From: Candidatus Latescibacterota bacterium
GTDB taxonomy: Bacteria; Latescibacterota; UBA2968; GCA-2709665
Assembly: GCA_965222075.1 (NCBI GenBank)
Contig: OZ244937.1
Span: forward strand, 3,104,001-3,168,000
Direction: 5' to 3'
DNA: 64,000 nucleotides
Shown here: piece by piece, positions 28,971 through 38,617 of the stretch
Layout of the letters: the number at the start of each line of letters is the position of its first letter
How positions within the stretch are numbered: position 1 is the stretch's first letter
Position numbers and translations under genes: made by a program
The notes under the pieces: model-generated
Told to the model about the DNA's origin: nothing
The model's database searches: none
What the model saw: only the letters and a program-made list of their open reading frames with translations

Positions 28971-29753
28971 ATGGCCATCGTGATTAAGTCTGAATCCGAA
29001 GTCGAGGCGATGCGGCAGAGCGGGAAGGCGGCGTCGGTTTTACTGCAAAGGGTCGGGGAGGCCGTCGGGCCCGGTGTTTCGACTTACGATCTGGATCGGA
29101 TTTCACGCAGGACGATCAAGGAGCTGGGGGGTGTTTCTTCGTTTTTGGGCTATCGACCTGCAGGGCACGATTCGTATCCGGCTACGGTATGCGCTTCGAT
29201 CAACGAGGAGGTCGTTCACGGTATCCCGAGCAGAAAACGGGTTCTGAACGAGGGGGATATTGTGGGGATTGATGTGGCGATTCGCCTGGGGGGGTATCAC
29301 GGGGACAATGCGTTCACGTTTCCCATCGGCAAGATCTCACCGGAAGCACAGAAGCTGGTGGATGTGACCCGGGCATCGCTCTACAAAGCGATTGAGGCGG
29401 CAAAGCCGGGCAACCGGCTGGGGGACATTGGCTTTGCGGTGCAGAGCTACGTGGAGACGCATGGGTTTTCGGTCGTTCGGGAGCTCTGCGGCCACGGGAT
29501 TGGACAGAAGATGTGGGAGCAGCCCCAGGTTGTGAACTACGGAACGTCCGGTAAAGGCACCCGGTTAAAACCCGGGATGGTACTTGCGATTGAACCCATG
29601 GTCTGCGTGGACACTCACGAGGTGATCTTCTTGGATGATGGCTGGACGTCCATTTCGGCGGACCGGAGTTTGTCCGCACATTTTGAACACACCGTTGCGA
29701 TTCTCTCCGACGGACCGGAGATTCTGACTTACAGCGACCTCTGGGAGGGGTAG
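28971..29753 (+). CDS. map: methionine aminopeptidase type I
   Basis: SINEEVVHGIP, GDIVGID, GDNA, CGHGIG, AIEPM, SAHFEHT. Confidence 0.96.
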   Translation: MAIVIKSESEVEAMRQSGKAASVLLQRVGEAVGPGVSTYDLDRISRRTIKELGGVSSFLGYRPAGHDSYPATVCASINEEVVHGIPSRKRVLNEGDIVGIDVAIRLGGYHGDNAFTFPIGKISPEAQKLVDVTRASLYKAIEAAKPGNRLGDIGFAVQSYVETHGFSVVRELCGHGIGQKMWEQPQVVNYGTSGKGTRLKPGMVLAIEPMVCVDTHEVIFLDDGWTSISADRSLSAHFEHTVAILSDGPEILTYSDLWEG

Positions 29754-29767
29754 AGGCGGTCTGAGAC

Positions 29768-30493
29768 ATGGGTGGAACATTCAAACGGTTCTGGCCCCAT
29801 ATAGTGTGCGCGGCAATTGCGCTGGGGCTGTGGGGTACGCCGGTGGTGAAGCCGTTCCGGGTATACATGGTGATGATCCACGAGATGGGCCATGCCGGGG
29901 CCACGATTTTGACGGGGGGAGAGGTCCTGGAGATGCGGACCAACTGGAACGAGTCGGGGCATACGACGAGCCGGGGGGGATCTTTCACGGTGACCAGTTC
30001 GGCAGGCTACGTGGGATCGGCGTTCCTGGGGGCGTTTGTGATTTATGCGGGGAACTGGGCGCTGCTGCAGCGCATCCTGCTGGCGGGAATTGGGGGCCTG
30101 AGTCTGGGGATGACGCTTCTTTATACCCCTGCGGTGGGGGTGGATTTCGTTGTCGGTGTTTTAAGCGGGGGGTTGCTGCTGCTTGTTGCGGGTCGATATC
30201 CGAGGATAGCGGAGGTGGCTGCGACCTGGATGGGGGTGATGCTCTGTCTGTACAGTCTGCACGATTTTCGGACGGATCTGTGGATGTATCCGGAGAAGAC
30301 GGATGCGGGCATACTCGCCCGGCACTGGGGGCTGCCGGTTCTGGCCTATCCGATTGCGTTTTTCTGGGCGGCCATTTCGATTGCCGCCATGTACCTGGCC
30401 ATGCGGGCTGTGGAACGACGGGGTAGACGGCTGGAGACGCAAGCAGAACAGGGGGACGCTGTTGAGGAGGGGGAAGGGCTCGGTTTAGAGTAG
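29768..30493 (+). CDS. M50B-like membrane metallopeptidase
   Basis: IHEMGH motif, SAGYVG, multiple TMs, TDA motif. Confidence 0.85.
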   Translation: MGGTFKRFWPHIVCAAIALGLWGTPVVKPFRVYMVMIHEMGHAGATILTGGEVLEMRTNWNESGHTTSRGGSFTVTSSAGYVGSAFLGAFVIYAGNWALLQRILLAGIGGLSLGMTLLYTPAVGVDFVVGVLSGGLLLLVAGRYPRIAEVAATWMGVMLCLYSLHDFRTDLWMYPEKTDAGILARHWGLPVLAYPIAFFWAAISIAAMYLAMRAVERRGRRLETQAEQGDAVEEGEGLGLE

Positions 30494-30513
30494 GGGCGAC
30501 CGGCCGGTCGCCC
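30490..30513 (+). repeat. GTAG-type REP palindrome
   Basis: GTAG-GGGCGACCGG-CCGGTCGCCC. Confidence 0.65.
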
Positions 30514-30631
30514 GGGCGCTGTATTATCCGATGATTCCGTACGGCAACGACCTGGAGTAAAGATCCAATCTTCAGTTTACCTCGGGACAACCGGGCAACG
30601 GTCCTGCCCTGTTATCCGGTAGGGATAATCC

Positions 30632-33600
30632 GTGTCAACCACACCCAGCGCACCAGACGCACTCATTGTTTCCGGCGACGACCGTGTTCAGAAAATTCTG
30701 GCGCAGGAAGATGCCGTTGTTGTGCCCGCCTATGCGTTTTTCCTGGATGGTTTCGTGAAAGATACGTTTACCGAATATGCCAATCCCTCGATCTACCGTC
30801 CGCCATCGGTTTGCAGCGCCCGCCTGGTGAGTACCCTGCGGGATATGTACCAGTTTAAAGAGACCGGCACATACTATTTCGGCTTTACGATGTATGCCGA
30901 CGCCGGATATGACGAGCCGGTTGAGGTCTGGGTCGGCCACGAACAGGTTGCGCTGGCCCGGCATCCCGACCCGGATAATCGGGTGCATCTTTTTGTGGCG
31001 CCCAAACCAATTGGTTTTCAGGGCGGTGAGCTCAAACGCCTGATCACCGGGAAAACAGACGGTCCGTGTCGGATTGAAAATGTGGTTCTTCTCAAGAAAC
31101 GACCCCGGCCGACGCCGCCCGAATTGACCGTTCTTTCCCCCCATGTGGACGTCCGCCACGATAACGGCAAAGCCTGTGCCTATATTACGTGGATGACCAG
31201 CCGGCCCGCGTCGGGACGGTTGCGCTGGGGCAGCGGCAAGAGGCTGTCCAGGACCGTTGAGATGGCCGGTCCGCTGGCCAACCACGAAGTGGTTCTGGAA
31301 GGTCTGGACCTGAACAAGTCGTACCGGTTTGAGCTGGATCTGACCGGGCGTGTGGAGGGGCTCAAAGCTGCATATGCCGGAGTGTTCAAGACGGATCTTA
31401 CAGCGCCTTCAAGCCGGGTGAAAAAGGGGCGCGTTCCGATTCGGCTGCGTCGACCCGGCAATGGGCTGTGGCCGGTTTCTGTGGGTGTGCCCTTTCCAAA
31501 AGGTGCGCTGGGCAGCGAGGATGAGATTCGGCTGGTGGATAAGCGTGGGGCAGAGGTGGGACTTCAGGCGCGCAGTCTTGCGCGGTGGGAGGATGGCTCG
31601 GTGCGCTGGGCGCTGCTGGATTTTCAGGCGGACGGAAAGCATGAGTATACCGCTGAATACGGCAGTGAGGTTTCCCGTTCTGTGCCTGGTGATAGGCTGG
31701 AGGTGTCGGAGTCGGAGACGTCGGTTGTGGTGACGACCGGGCCGCTGCGCGTGGAATTTCCGAAGGGCCGGGTGGTATTTCCGGGTGTGGTGTGGGTGAA
31801 ACGGACAGACGGGTCGTATCGCAAGCTATCGGGACCCTCTGCCGGGGTGCGTCTGACCGGGGCCGATGGATCGGTGTATGGATCGGGCAAGCCGGAGGCG
31901 GTGGTGGTGGAAGAGGCCGGTTCTGAGCGGGTGTGCGTGCGTGTGGAGGCGGTCCACCGGCTGCGCAGCCGGTCGTTGTTCCACTCGATTTTGCGCGTGC
32001 ATCTATTCCGGGGCAGCGGGGCGATCCGGGTGCTGCACACGTTTGAGAATGACCGTGTGGAGGAGATGTTTACCTGCATCCGGGAATTGAGCCTGCGGTC
32101 GGACTTCAAGGTGGGAGGCGCTTTGCAGGGCCGGGTGGGCCGGCGCCGGGTGGAGGGACTCAAGGCTGGGGGGGTGGTACTGCACCAGGGACTGGACAAC
32201 CGGTATGTTGTGAGACGGGGAGGGGCGGAGATCGCGAGAGGGCGCCGTGCGGAGGGCAGTGTGGCGTTGCGTGGGGATAGGGGCGGTGTGAGCCTGGTGG
32301 TGCGGGATTTCTGGCAGAATTATCCAAAGGGTGTGGCGGTGGATGAGAAGGGGATAACGGTGGGGATCTGTCCGGCGCTGGATGAGGCGGATTATCCGCG
32401 TGGAGGGGAACTGGAGGATCGGTTGTATTATTATTTGCTGGATGGGGTGTATAAGTTCAAGGCGGGGGTTTCCCGTACGCACGAGATGTGGTTTCACATT
32501 CGGTCAAAAGGCGATGCGCCAGAGGGTTTTGCGGCGTCGGTGCAGCGTCCGCCGCTGTATGGTATGTCGCTTGCAGCGTTCAATAAAAGCCGGGCGCTTA
32601 CCCGGCTGCCCGAAAAAGAAAAATCTCCGTTTCCGCCGTATGAAACGTGGGTTGAGACCGTACGCGGCGTTTATGCCGAAGATCGAGAGAAATCCCGCGC
32701 TTATGGGATGCTCAATTACGGGGATTGGTTCGGAGAGCGCGTTTATAACTGGGGGAATATGGAGTATGATACGCCCTGGTGTTTTTTGCAGGAGTATCTC
32801 AGGGGGGGGCATTCGGATTTTTATACCTGGGCCGAGGAGGCTGCGCGACATCTTGTGGATGTGGATACCGTCCACCATACCGACGAGCCCGACAATTTGG
32901 GGTCGCAGTATATTCACTCCGTCGGCCACGTGGGCAATTATTATCCCGATGGGTACCGGGAGCGCGCCATTTTCGCCGGCCGCTGGAGTGTTTCCCATAC
33001 CTGGGTGGAAGGTCTTTTTCTTTACCATCTTCTCACGGGCGATGCCAGGGCTCTGGAAAGCGCAATGCAGACGAGCAATTTGCTGGTTGGGAATATGCTC
33101 AACGACTATGATTTCACGAACTGTCGCAATTGCGGGTGGCACCTGATTCATCTGGCCGCCGCGTACAAAGCCACCGGCCGACGCGTGTATCTGAATGCCG
33201 CCCGTACGATCGTGGATCGCGTGCTGGAGCGGCAAAAGCCCTCCGGCGGATGGGAACGGCTTATGGTTCCCGGACACTGTTTCTGTTATCCGCTCCGGCA
33301 TATGGGCAATGCCGGGTTTATGGTTGGCGTGTTGATGGCGGGGTTGCGTCGGTTCTACGAAGCGACGGGTGAAAAACGCGTTCGAGATGCGATTGTCCAT
33401 GCCGCTACGTTTTGCATCGATGATATGTGGGTGCCCGAAAACCGGGCGTTCCGGTACACGTCGTGTCCCAAATCTTCGGTGGGGCGGTCCGCCGATATGG
33501 CCATTCTCAAAGGAATTGCTTTTGCCTACGATGTTTCCGGGAATGAACGGCTGAGGGAGGTTCTTTTCGAGGGGGTCCGGTCCGCTATGGCCCAGCGGGA

Positions 33601-33694
33601 GACGCGGGCGCACCGGGGCGTGGGTAAGAGCATTGGTATGCCGATGCGCGGAGCTTACCAGGTTCTTGTGGATCTGCCGGAACGGTCGGTGTGA
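30632..33694 (+). CDS. large exo-rhamnogalacturonan lyase-like (PL26/YetA-like) protein with Fn3-like and unknown N-terminal domains
   Basis: WPVSVGVPFPKG, ARWEDGSVRWALLDF, VRDFWQNYPK, YGMLNYGDW, NMEYD, ARHLVDVD, SHTWVEGL. Confidence 0.65.
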   Translation: MSTTPSAPDALIVSGDDRVQKILAQEDAVVVPAYAFFLDGFVKDTFTEYANPSIYRPPSVCSARLVSTLRDMYQFKETGTYYFGFTMYADAGYDEPVEVWVGHEQVALARHPDPDNRVHLFVAPKPIGFQGGELKRLITGKTDGPCRIENVVLLKKRPRPTPPELTVLSPHVDVRHDNGKACAYITWMTSRPASGRLRWGSGKRLSRTVEMAGPLANHEVVLEGLDLNKSYRFELDLTGRVEGLKAAYAGVFKTDLTAPSSRVKKGRVPIRLRRPGNGLWPVSVGVPFPKGALGSEDEIRLVDKRGAEVGLQARSLARWEDGSVRWALLDFQADGKHEYTAEYGSEVSRSVPGDRLEVSESETSVVVTTGPLRVEFPKGRVVFPGVVWVKRTDGSYRKLSGPSAGVRLTGADGSVYGSGKPEAVVVEEAGSERVCVRVEAVHRLRSRSLFHSILRVHLFRGSGAIRVLHTFENDRVEEMFTCIRELSLRSDFKVGGALQGRVGRRRVEGLKAGGVVLHQGLDNRYVVRRGGAEIARGRRAEGSVALRGDRGGVSLVVRDFWQNYPKGVAVDEKGITVGICPALDEADYPRGGELEDRLYYYLLDGVYKFKAGVSRTHEMWFHIRSKGDAPEGFAASVQRPPLYGMSLAAFNKSRALTRLPEKEKSPFPPYETWVETVRGVYAEDREKSRAYGMLNYGDWFGERVYNWGNMEYDTPWCFLQEYLRGGHSDFYTWAEEAARHLVDVDTVHHTDEPDNLGSQYIHSVGHVGNYYPDGYRERAIFAGRWSVSHTWVEGLFLYHLLTGDARALESAMQTSNLLVGNMLNDYDFTNCRNCGWHLIHLAAAYKATGRRVYLNAARTIVDRVLERQKPSGGWERLMVPGHCFCYPLRHMGNAGFMVGVLMAGLRRFYEATGEKRVRDAIVHAATFCIDDMWVPENRAFRYTSCPKSSVGRSADMAILKGIAFAYDVSGNERLREVLFEGVRSAMAQRETRAHRGVGKSIGMPMRGAYQVLVDLPERSV

Positions 33695-33882
33695 GGGGTG
33701 ATGTTTGGAAGCAGATCATACGTCCCGGGATCTTATGTCACCGAACCTGTTGTGAGCAGCCATACCTTGAAGCATCTGATGGCTGCTGTTGCCACGTACC
33801 GGATTTTGCGGATGCTCCGGAAGCGACATCCCGAACAAGCTGTACAGATCGTTAACTGAAGTCCGGGTCAAAGGAGGACGGT

Positions 33883-35136
33883 GTGGCGAAGGTACCGAAA
33901 AAAACGGATCTGGCGATGTACGGGGGCAGGCCGGTGCACAGCAGGCCGTGGCGGAGTGGGCCATTTCATTTTTCGGCGGAGATTGAGGCCTTGAAGAAGG
34001 TGCTCTCCGGGCCGGCGCTACCGCTGGCGCGGGGACAGTCGGTGATGGCCTACCGGGAGGCGTTGCAGGAACTTTACGGGATGAAGTATGCGATACCGAC
34101 AAGTTCGGGGACCGCGGCCATCCACGTGGCCTTAGCCGCCGCGGATGTGGGCGCAGGAGACGAGGTGATTGTGAGTCCACTGACCGACTACGGGAGTGTT
34201 GCCGGAATTTTTCAGCTGAATGCGATTCCGGTGTTTGCCGATGTGCAGGCGGACGGGATGCTGATGGATGTAAATGCGATCACGGAGCGGATCACGCCCC
34301 ACACGCGGGTGATTATGCCGGTGCACAACGGGGGATATGCGGTGGATATGCCGGTTCTGATGAAGCTGGCCAGAAAACACAAGATTACGGTTTTAGAGGA
34401 CTGCGCCCAGGCGCACCTGGCGTCGATTGGAGGAAAATACCTGGGCACGTTTGGACACCTGGGGGCGTGGAGTACGAACGAGAGCAAGCATATGAAGTCA
34501 GGGGAGGGGGGGTTTGTGCTGACGAACAACCGAAAGGTGGCGGAGAGGGCGGATCTGTTTTCGGACAAGTGCTATCCCCGGTTTCCCGGTGCGCCAAAGA
34601 CGCCTGCGTTTCCGGCGGTGAACGTGCGGTTGAGCGATGTGAATGCGGCCCTGGCACTCTGTCAGCTGAAGCGGCTGCCGAAGTGGACCGAGCGCCGGCA
34701 GGCGTTCGGAGAAGCGTTATTGGAAGGGATCGAAGGAGTTCCGGGCCTGTGGGCGCACCCGCAGCCGGGTGGGTCGGCGCCGAATTACTGGTGGACAATG
34801 TTCGGGGTGGATCAAGAGGCGCTGGGGGTGGATGCAGCGGCGTTTTCCGAGATGGTTCGCGCAGAAGGCATCCCGGCCGGGGCCGGGCGCGAGCCGAACG
34901 TGCTGAAATGGGAAATCTTCCGCCGGTTGAACCGGGACCCGAAGGCGTTCAGGAGCTACCGGCCGGGACGGTTGAAAAAAGGGGCTTTTTCGCTGGATTC
35001 GGTCCCAAATGCGAGAACATTTGGAAGGCGTATTGTGACGGTCCGGATGAGCCAGCACAATACGGTGGGGGAGGCGAGGGCTGCGGCACGTGCCGTGCGG
35101 AAGGTGGTGGGTGCGCTGCTGGGCCAAAAAGTGTAA
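33883..35136 (+). CDS. DegT/DnrJ/EryC1/StrS aminotransferase
   Basis: SSGTAAIH, LEDCAQAH, SKHMKSGEGG. GTG start with AGGAGG RBS. Confidence 0.9.
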   Translation: MAKVPKKTDLAMYGGRPVHSRPWRSGPFHFSAEIEALKKVLSGPALPLARGQSVMAYREALQELYGMKYAIPTSSGTAAIHVALAAADVGAGDEVIVSPLTDYGSVAGIFQLNAIPVFADVQADGMLMDVNAITERITPHTRVIMPVHNGGYAVDMPVLMKLARKHKITVLEDCAQAHLASIGGKYLGTFGHLGAWSTNESKHMKSGEGGFVLTNNRKVAERADLFSDKCYPRFPGAPKTPAFPAVNVRLSDVNAALALCQLKRLPKWTERRQAFGEALLEGIEGVPGLWAHPQPGGSAPNYWWTMFGVDQEALGVDAAAFSEMVRAEGIPAGAGREPNVLKWEIFRRLNRDPKAFRSYRPGRLKKGAFSLDSVPNARTFGRRIVTVRMSQHNTVGEARAAARAVRKVVGALLGQKV

Positions 35137-35169
35137 GAAGCTGTTTTGATATCCTGACGGAGCCGGTTT

Positions 35170-35916
35170 ATGCATACGAGCAAAGTGCTGAAATCTTCGG
35201 ACTTTCAATTCAGGCGGTTGGGTGAGAATGGGGCCGTTGACGTTGATTTCGATTCACTCTGCCCAAATTATCATCGGCTGGACCGGACGGGCGTAGTCTC
35301 TCCCCGTCTGGAAGACGGCGTGCTCAATGCAGGGTATGCGATTCTGGCGCAGACGACGGCTTTTTACGATGTTCTGCGTTCTAAGATGGACGACTTTTTC
35401 GAGTACCCCCAACATCTCGCGTTTCTGGATGTGAACGATGAGGGGGTGAATACCCGATGTGGACGGCTGGACGGACGGACGGCGATGGGAGGGCCGTGGA
35501 GCAGTCTGGATGTCTGGCCCCAATCGAACTGGATTTCGGCGTCCGGGACGGTTTCGGGGATGCTTCATAAGGTGTATGATCTGCACGTCAACCGGCTGCT
35601 CTGGCCGGAGGATTTTATGCCGGGGCCGGACGAAGCGACCCTGCCCTCTTACGTGTGCCGGAGGATGCTGAAGACGAGGCTGAAGGGCGTTACCTATTAC
35701 AATGCGTCGGCTCCCAACGTGGAGGTGCGGGTTACACAGCCCGTGGAAGATATCGTCCGGACGAGTATCGGACGGCTGCCCGGAGGGGAAGGGGAGCCCC
35801 GAGGGGTTATTGAGCCGGCAGACGGCGATTTTCTGTATGTTGAGCGTTATCGCCAGGTCGGTGTTGATGAATTTCTGGAGACAGTGGACGGCTGCTTTGA
35901 TCCTGCGTCTCAGTGA
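35170..35916 (+). CDS. hypothetical protein
   Basis: 248-aa ORF with coding-like codon usage, in operon position; no recognised motif. Confidence 0.7.
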   Translation: MHTSKVLKSSDFQFRRLGENGAVDVDFDSLCPNYHRLDRTGVVSPRLEDGVLNAGYAILAQTTAFYDVLRSKMDDFFEYPQHLAFLDVNDEGVNTRCGRLDGRTAMGGPWSSLDVWPQSNWISASGTVSGMLHKVYDLHVNRLLWPEDFMPGPDEATLPSYVCRRMLKTRLKGVTYYNASAPNVEVRVTQPVEDIVRTSIGRLPGGEGEPRGVIEPADGDFLYVERYRQVGVDEFLETVDGCFDPASQ

Positions 35917-36030
35917 GACGGAATCGGCAAGGTGGAAATGCTCAGAACCTTCGTCCCCTCCCGGATCAGGGGCATCCACCTGATCCCGTGAAAAAGTGTC
36001 CGAACCATTCATGAAATTGCGAGGTGCATA

Positions 36031-37383
36031 TTGGCCGGAGGTCCGTTGTTGGAACTGCTGGCTGCCCGTGTCGCTTCGGGTCAGCCGCTGAGGGTGGGGC
36101 TGATTGGGGCGGGTAAATTCGGGACGATGTTTTTAAGCCAGGCCCGGCGCGTGGCGGGGCTGCACGTGCTGGGGGTGGCCGACCTGTCGCTGGAACGGGC
36201 GCGTGAGGCGCTGATCCGGGCTGAGTGGCCGCCGGAGCAGTTTGCAGCGGGCGGTTTTGTTCAGGCGCTTGAAACCGGTTCCACCTGTCTCACAGACGAC
36301 GGTGAGGCGCTGATCCGGGCCGACGGCCTGGATGCCATGATTGAGGCGACGGGCAATCCGGCTGCGGGGATCGGCTACGCGCTGAAGGCGTTTGAGAACG
36401 GGCGGCACGTGGTCATGGTCAATGTGGAGGCCGATGTGTTGGCCGGGCCGCTCTTAGCCGAACGGGCCGCTGCTGCCGGTGTGGTCTACAGTCTGGCCTA
36501 CGGCGACCAGCCGGCCCTGATCTGCGAACTGGCCGAGTGGGCCCGGGCCAGTGGTTTTGAGGTGGTTTGTGCGGGCAAGGGGACCAAATATCTGCCGGCC
36601 TACCATGCGTCTACGCCCGATACGGTCTGGGAACACTACGGGTTCAGCCGGGAGCGGGTAGCGGAGTTGAACGCCCGGATGTTTAACGCTTTCTTAGACG
36701 GCACCAAGTCGGCGATTGAAATGGCGGCGGTGGCAAATGCAACCGGTTTGTCGCCCCAGCCGGAGGGGCTGGGGTTTCCGCCCTGCGGGGTGGAGGAGCT
36801 GGCAAGTATCTGCAGGCCCGGCAGCGACGGGGGGCAGCTTGCGCACAAAGGGACGGTCGAGGTGGTGTCCAGCTTGAAACGGGACGGAGGCGCCGTTGAT
36901 CGGGACCTGCGCTGGGGGGTCTACGTTGTGATTGAAGCGCCGGGGGACTACATCAGCCAATGTTTTTCCGAATACGGGCTGCCCGTCGATTCTACCGGGC
37001 GTTATGCGGCAATGTACAGGCCCTATCACCTGGTGGGCATGGAACTGACGGTGGGTGTGCTCAGGGTGGGCTTGCGGGGTGAGGCAACCGGGTTTCCGGT
37101 CGAGTTCCGGGCGGATGTTGCTGCAACGGCCAAAAGGGACCTGTCAGCGGGTGAGGTACTGGACGGAGAGGGGGGATTTTGTGTCTACGGCAGGCTGATG
37201 CCGGCCGGGGCTGCGCTGAAGGAGGGCACGCTGCCCATCGGTCTGGCGCACCATGTGAAGCTGAAGCACAGTGTGGCGGCGGGTCAGCCTGTTCGGTGGG
37301 ATGACGTCGAATACAATGAGGCAGATCCGGTGGTTCGCTTTCGTCGCCGGATGGAGCAGCGTATGGCGGAGGGGCAGGGATGA
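36031..37383 (+). CDS. homoserine dehydrogenase-like NAD(P) oxidoreductase with C-terminal SAF domain
   Basis: VGLIGAGKFG, NVEAD, GDQP, DGTKSAIEMAAVANA, AKRDLSAGEVLDGEGG. TTG start after GAGG. Confidence 0.88.
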   Translation: MAGGPLLELLAARVASGQPLRVGLIGAGKFGTMFLSQARRVAGLHVLGVADLSLERAREALIRAEWPPEQFAAGGFVQALETGSTCLTDDGEALIRADGLDAMIEATGNPAAGIGYALKAFENGRHVVMVNVEADVLAGPLLAERAAAAGVVYSLAYGDQPALICELAEWARASGFEVVCAGKGTKYLPAYHASTPDTVWEHYGFSRERVAELNARMFNAFLDGTKSAIEMAAVANATGLSPQPEGLGFPPCGVEELASICRPGSDGGQLAHKGTVEVVSSLKRDGGAVDRDLRWGVYVVIEAPGDYISQCFSEYGLPVDSTGRYAAMYRPYHLVGMELTVGVLRVGLRGEATGFPVEFRADVAATAKRDLSAGEVLDGEGGFCVYGRLMPAGAALKEGTLPIGLAHHVKLKHSVAAGQPVRWDDVEYNEADPVVRFRRRMEQRMAEGQG

Positions 37384-37423
37384 GAACGGGTGCCGAAGGC
37401 AACGGGCGACCGGTTTAAGCGAC

Positions 37424-37454
37424 TGCCGTCAGAGGTGAATTCTGACGGCATTTT
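37424..37454 (+). terminator. intrinsic terminator
   Basis: TGCCGTCAGA-N7-TCTGACGGCA followed by TTTT. Confidence 0.75.
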
Positions 37455-37547
37455 CTCTGGTCGTTTTCTACGCGTCCCAGGTTGCGGTATTCCATCGGGA
37501 TCTCCTTCTATTTGGAACCACCGATGAACAGGTAGAGGGGGTTAGGT

Positions 37548-38531
37548 TCATTCCATCGGATATCTCAGCCCCCACTGCTCACGGATCTGGTCGAGGGTTC
37601 CCATAATAGCAAGGGTTTCGTCCAGGGGCATGGTAGCGCTTTCTTTTTTGCCTTCCTGCAGGCAGCGCATGGCTTCGGCGGCTTCGCAGGTGTAGCCGTT
37701 GCCGTCGTAGGGGAGTTCGAGGGTTTGCTCACTGCCGCCTGTTGTGAGGGTGGCGGCCGTGGCGCGCCAGAAGGAGGGGTGGATCCGGATAGCGCCTTTA
37801 GAGCCGAGGATCTGTGCGCTCTGGGGCGTGCCGGCCCGGATGGTGCTGTAGAGGAGGGCGAGCTGGCCCTGGTCGTATGCGAAGAGGATGCCCGACTGTT
37901 CATCGATGTCGGTCTCTCCAATGTGGGCGAGGCTGGCGATCCGCGACGGCTGTCGGCCAAAGACCATGGAGGCAAAAGAGACGGTGTAGACGCCCAAGTC
38001 GAGGAGGGCCCCGCCTCCCAGGTCGGGGTTGAAAAGCCGGGATTCGGGGTTAAACCCGGCCCGGCCTCCGAAGTCGGCGGTGACCACCTGGACGTCGCCG
38101 ATGGCGCCTTCGAAGAGCCAGTCGCGGACTTTTGCGATGATAGGGAGGAAGCGGGTCCACATGGCTTCCATGAGGAAGAGGTCTTTTTCCCGGGCCAGAG
38201 CGATGACTTCTCCGGCTTCCCGGCGGTTGATGGTGAAGGGCTTTTCACAGAGGACGGCTTTGCCGTCGTTCAGGCAGAGGATGCTGTTTTCCCTGTGGAA
38301 GGTGTGGGGCGTGGCCACGTAGATGATGTCGACGTCGGGGTCGTTTGCCAGGGCATCGTACCTGGCGTGGCGGTTGGGGACGTTGAATTCATCGGCGAAG
38401 GCATGTGCCGTATCGGCTGCCCGGGAGCCGACGGCAGTCAGGTCGGCATCCGGGAGAGCGGAGAGGCCCTCGGCGAATTTCCGGGCGATTTTGCCGGTGC
38501 CGAGGATGCCCCAGCGGGTTCGGACGTTCAT
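37548..38531 (-). CDS. Gfo/Idh/MocA oxidoreductase (dihydrodiol/D-xylose dehydrogenase-like)
   Basis: WGILGTGKIA, VATPH, VLCEKP, EAMWTRF, GGGALLDLGVY. Confidence 0.92.
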   Translation of the reverse strand: MNVRTRWGILGTGKIARKFAEGLSALPDADLTAVGSRAADTAHAFADEFNVPNRHARYDALANDPDVDIIYVATPHTFHRENSILCLNDGKAVLCEKPFTINRREAGEVIALAREKDLFLMEAMWTRFLPIIAKVRDWLFEGAIGDVQVVTADFGGRAGFNPESRLFNPDLGGGALLDLGVYTVSFASMVFGRQPSRIASLAHIGETDIDEQSGILFAYDQGQLALLYSTIRAGTPQSAQILGSKGAIRIHPSFWRATAATLTTGGSEQTLELPYDGNGYTCEAAEAMRCLQEGKKESATMPLDETLAIMGTLDQIREQWGLRYPME

Positions 38532-38549
38532 CCAGGTTCTCCTCTTGTC

Positions 38550-38577
38550 GTTGGGGCACGGCATGCCGTGCCCTTAC
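38550..38577 (-). repeat. GTAG-type REP palindrome
   Basis: Minus strand GTAAGGGCACGGCATGCCGTGCCCCAAC. Confidence 0.7.
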
Positions 38578-38617
38578 AATATCCTGGGTAGTCGCAAGAC
38601 TTAGCGAGAGGACCATT

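Noticed and set aside
33700-33880. Intergenic hairpin AGCAGCCAT...ATGGCTGCT and a short similarity to 43497-43517
   Set aside because: No recognisable riboswitch core, and the similarity is too short to support a feature.
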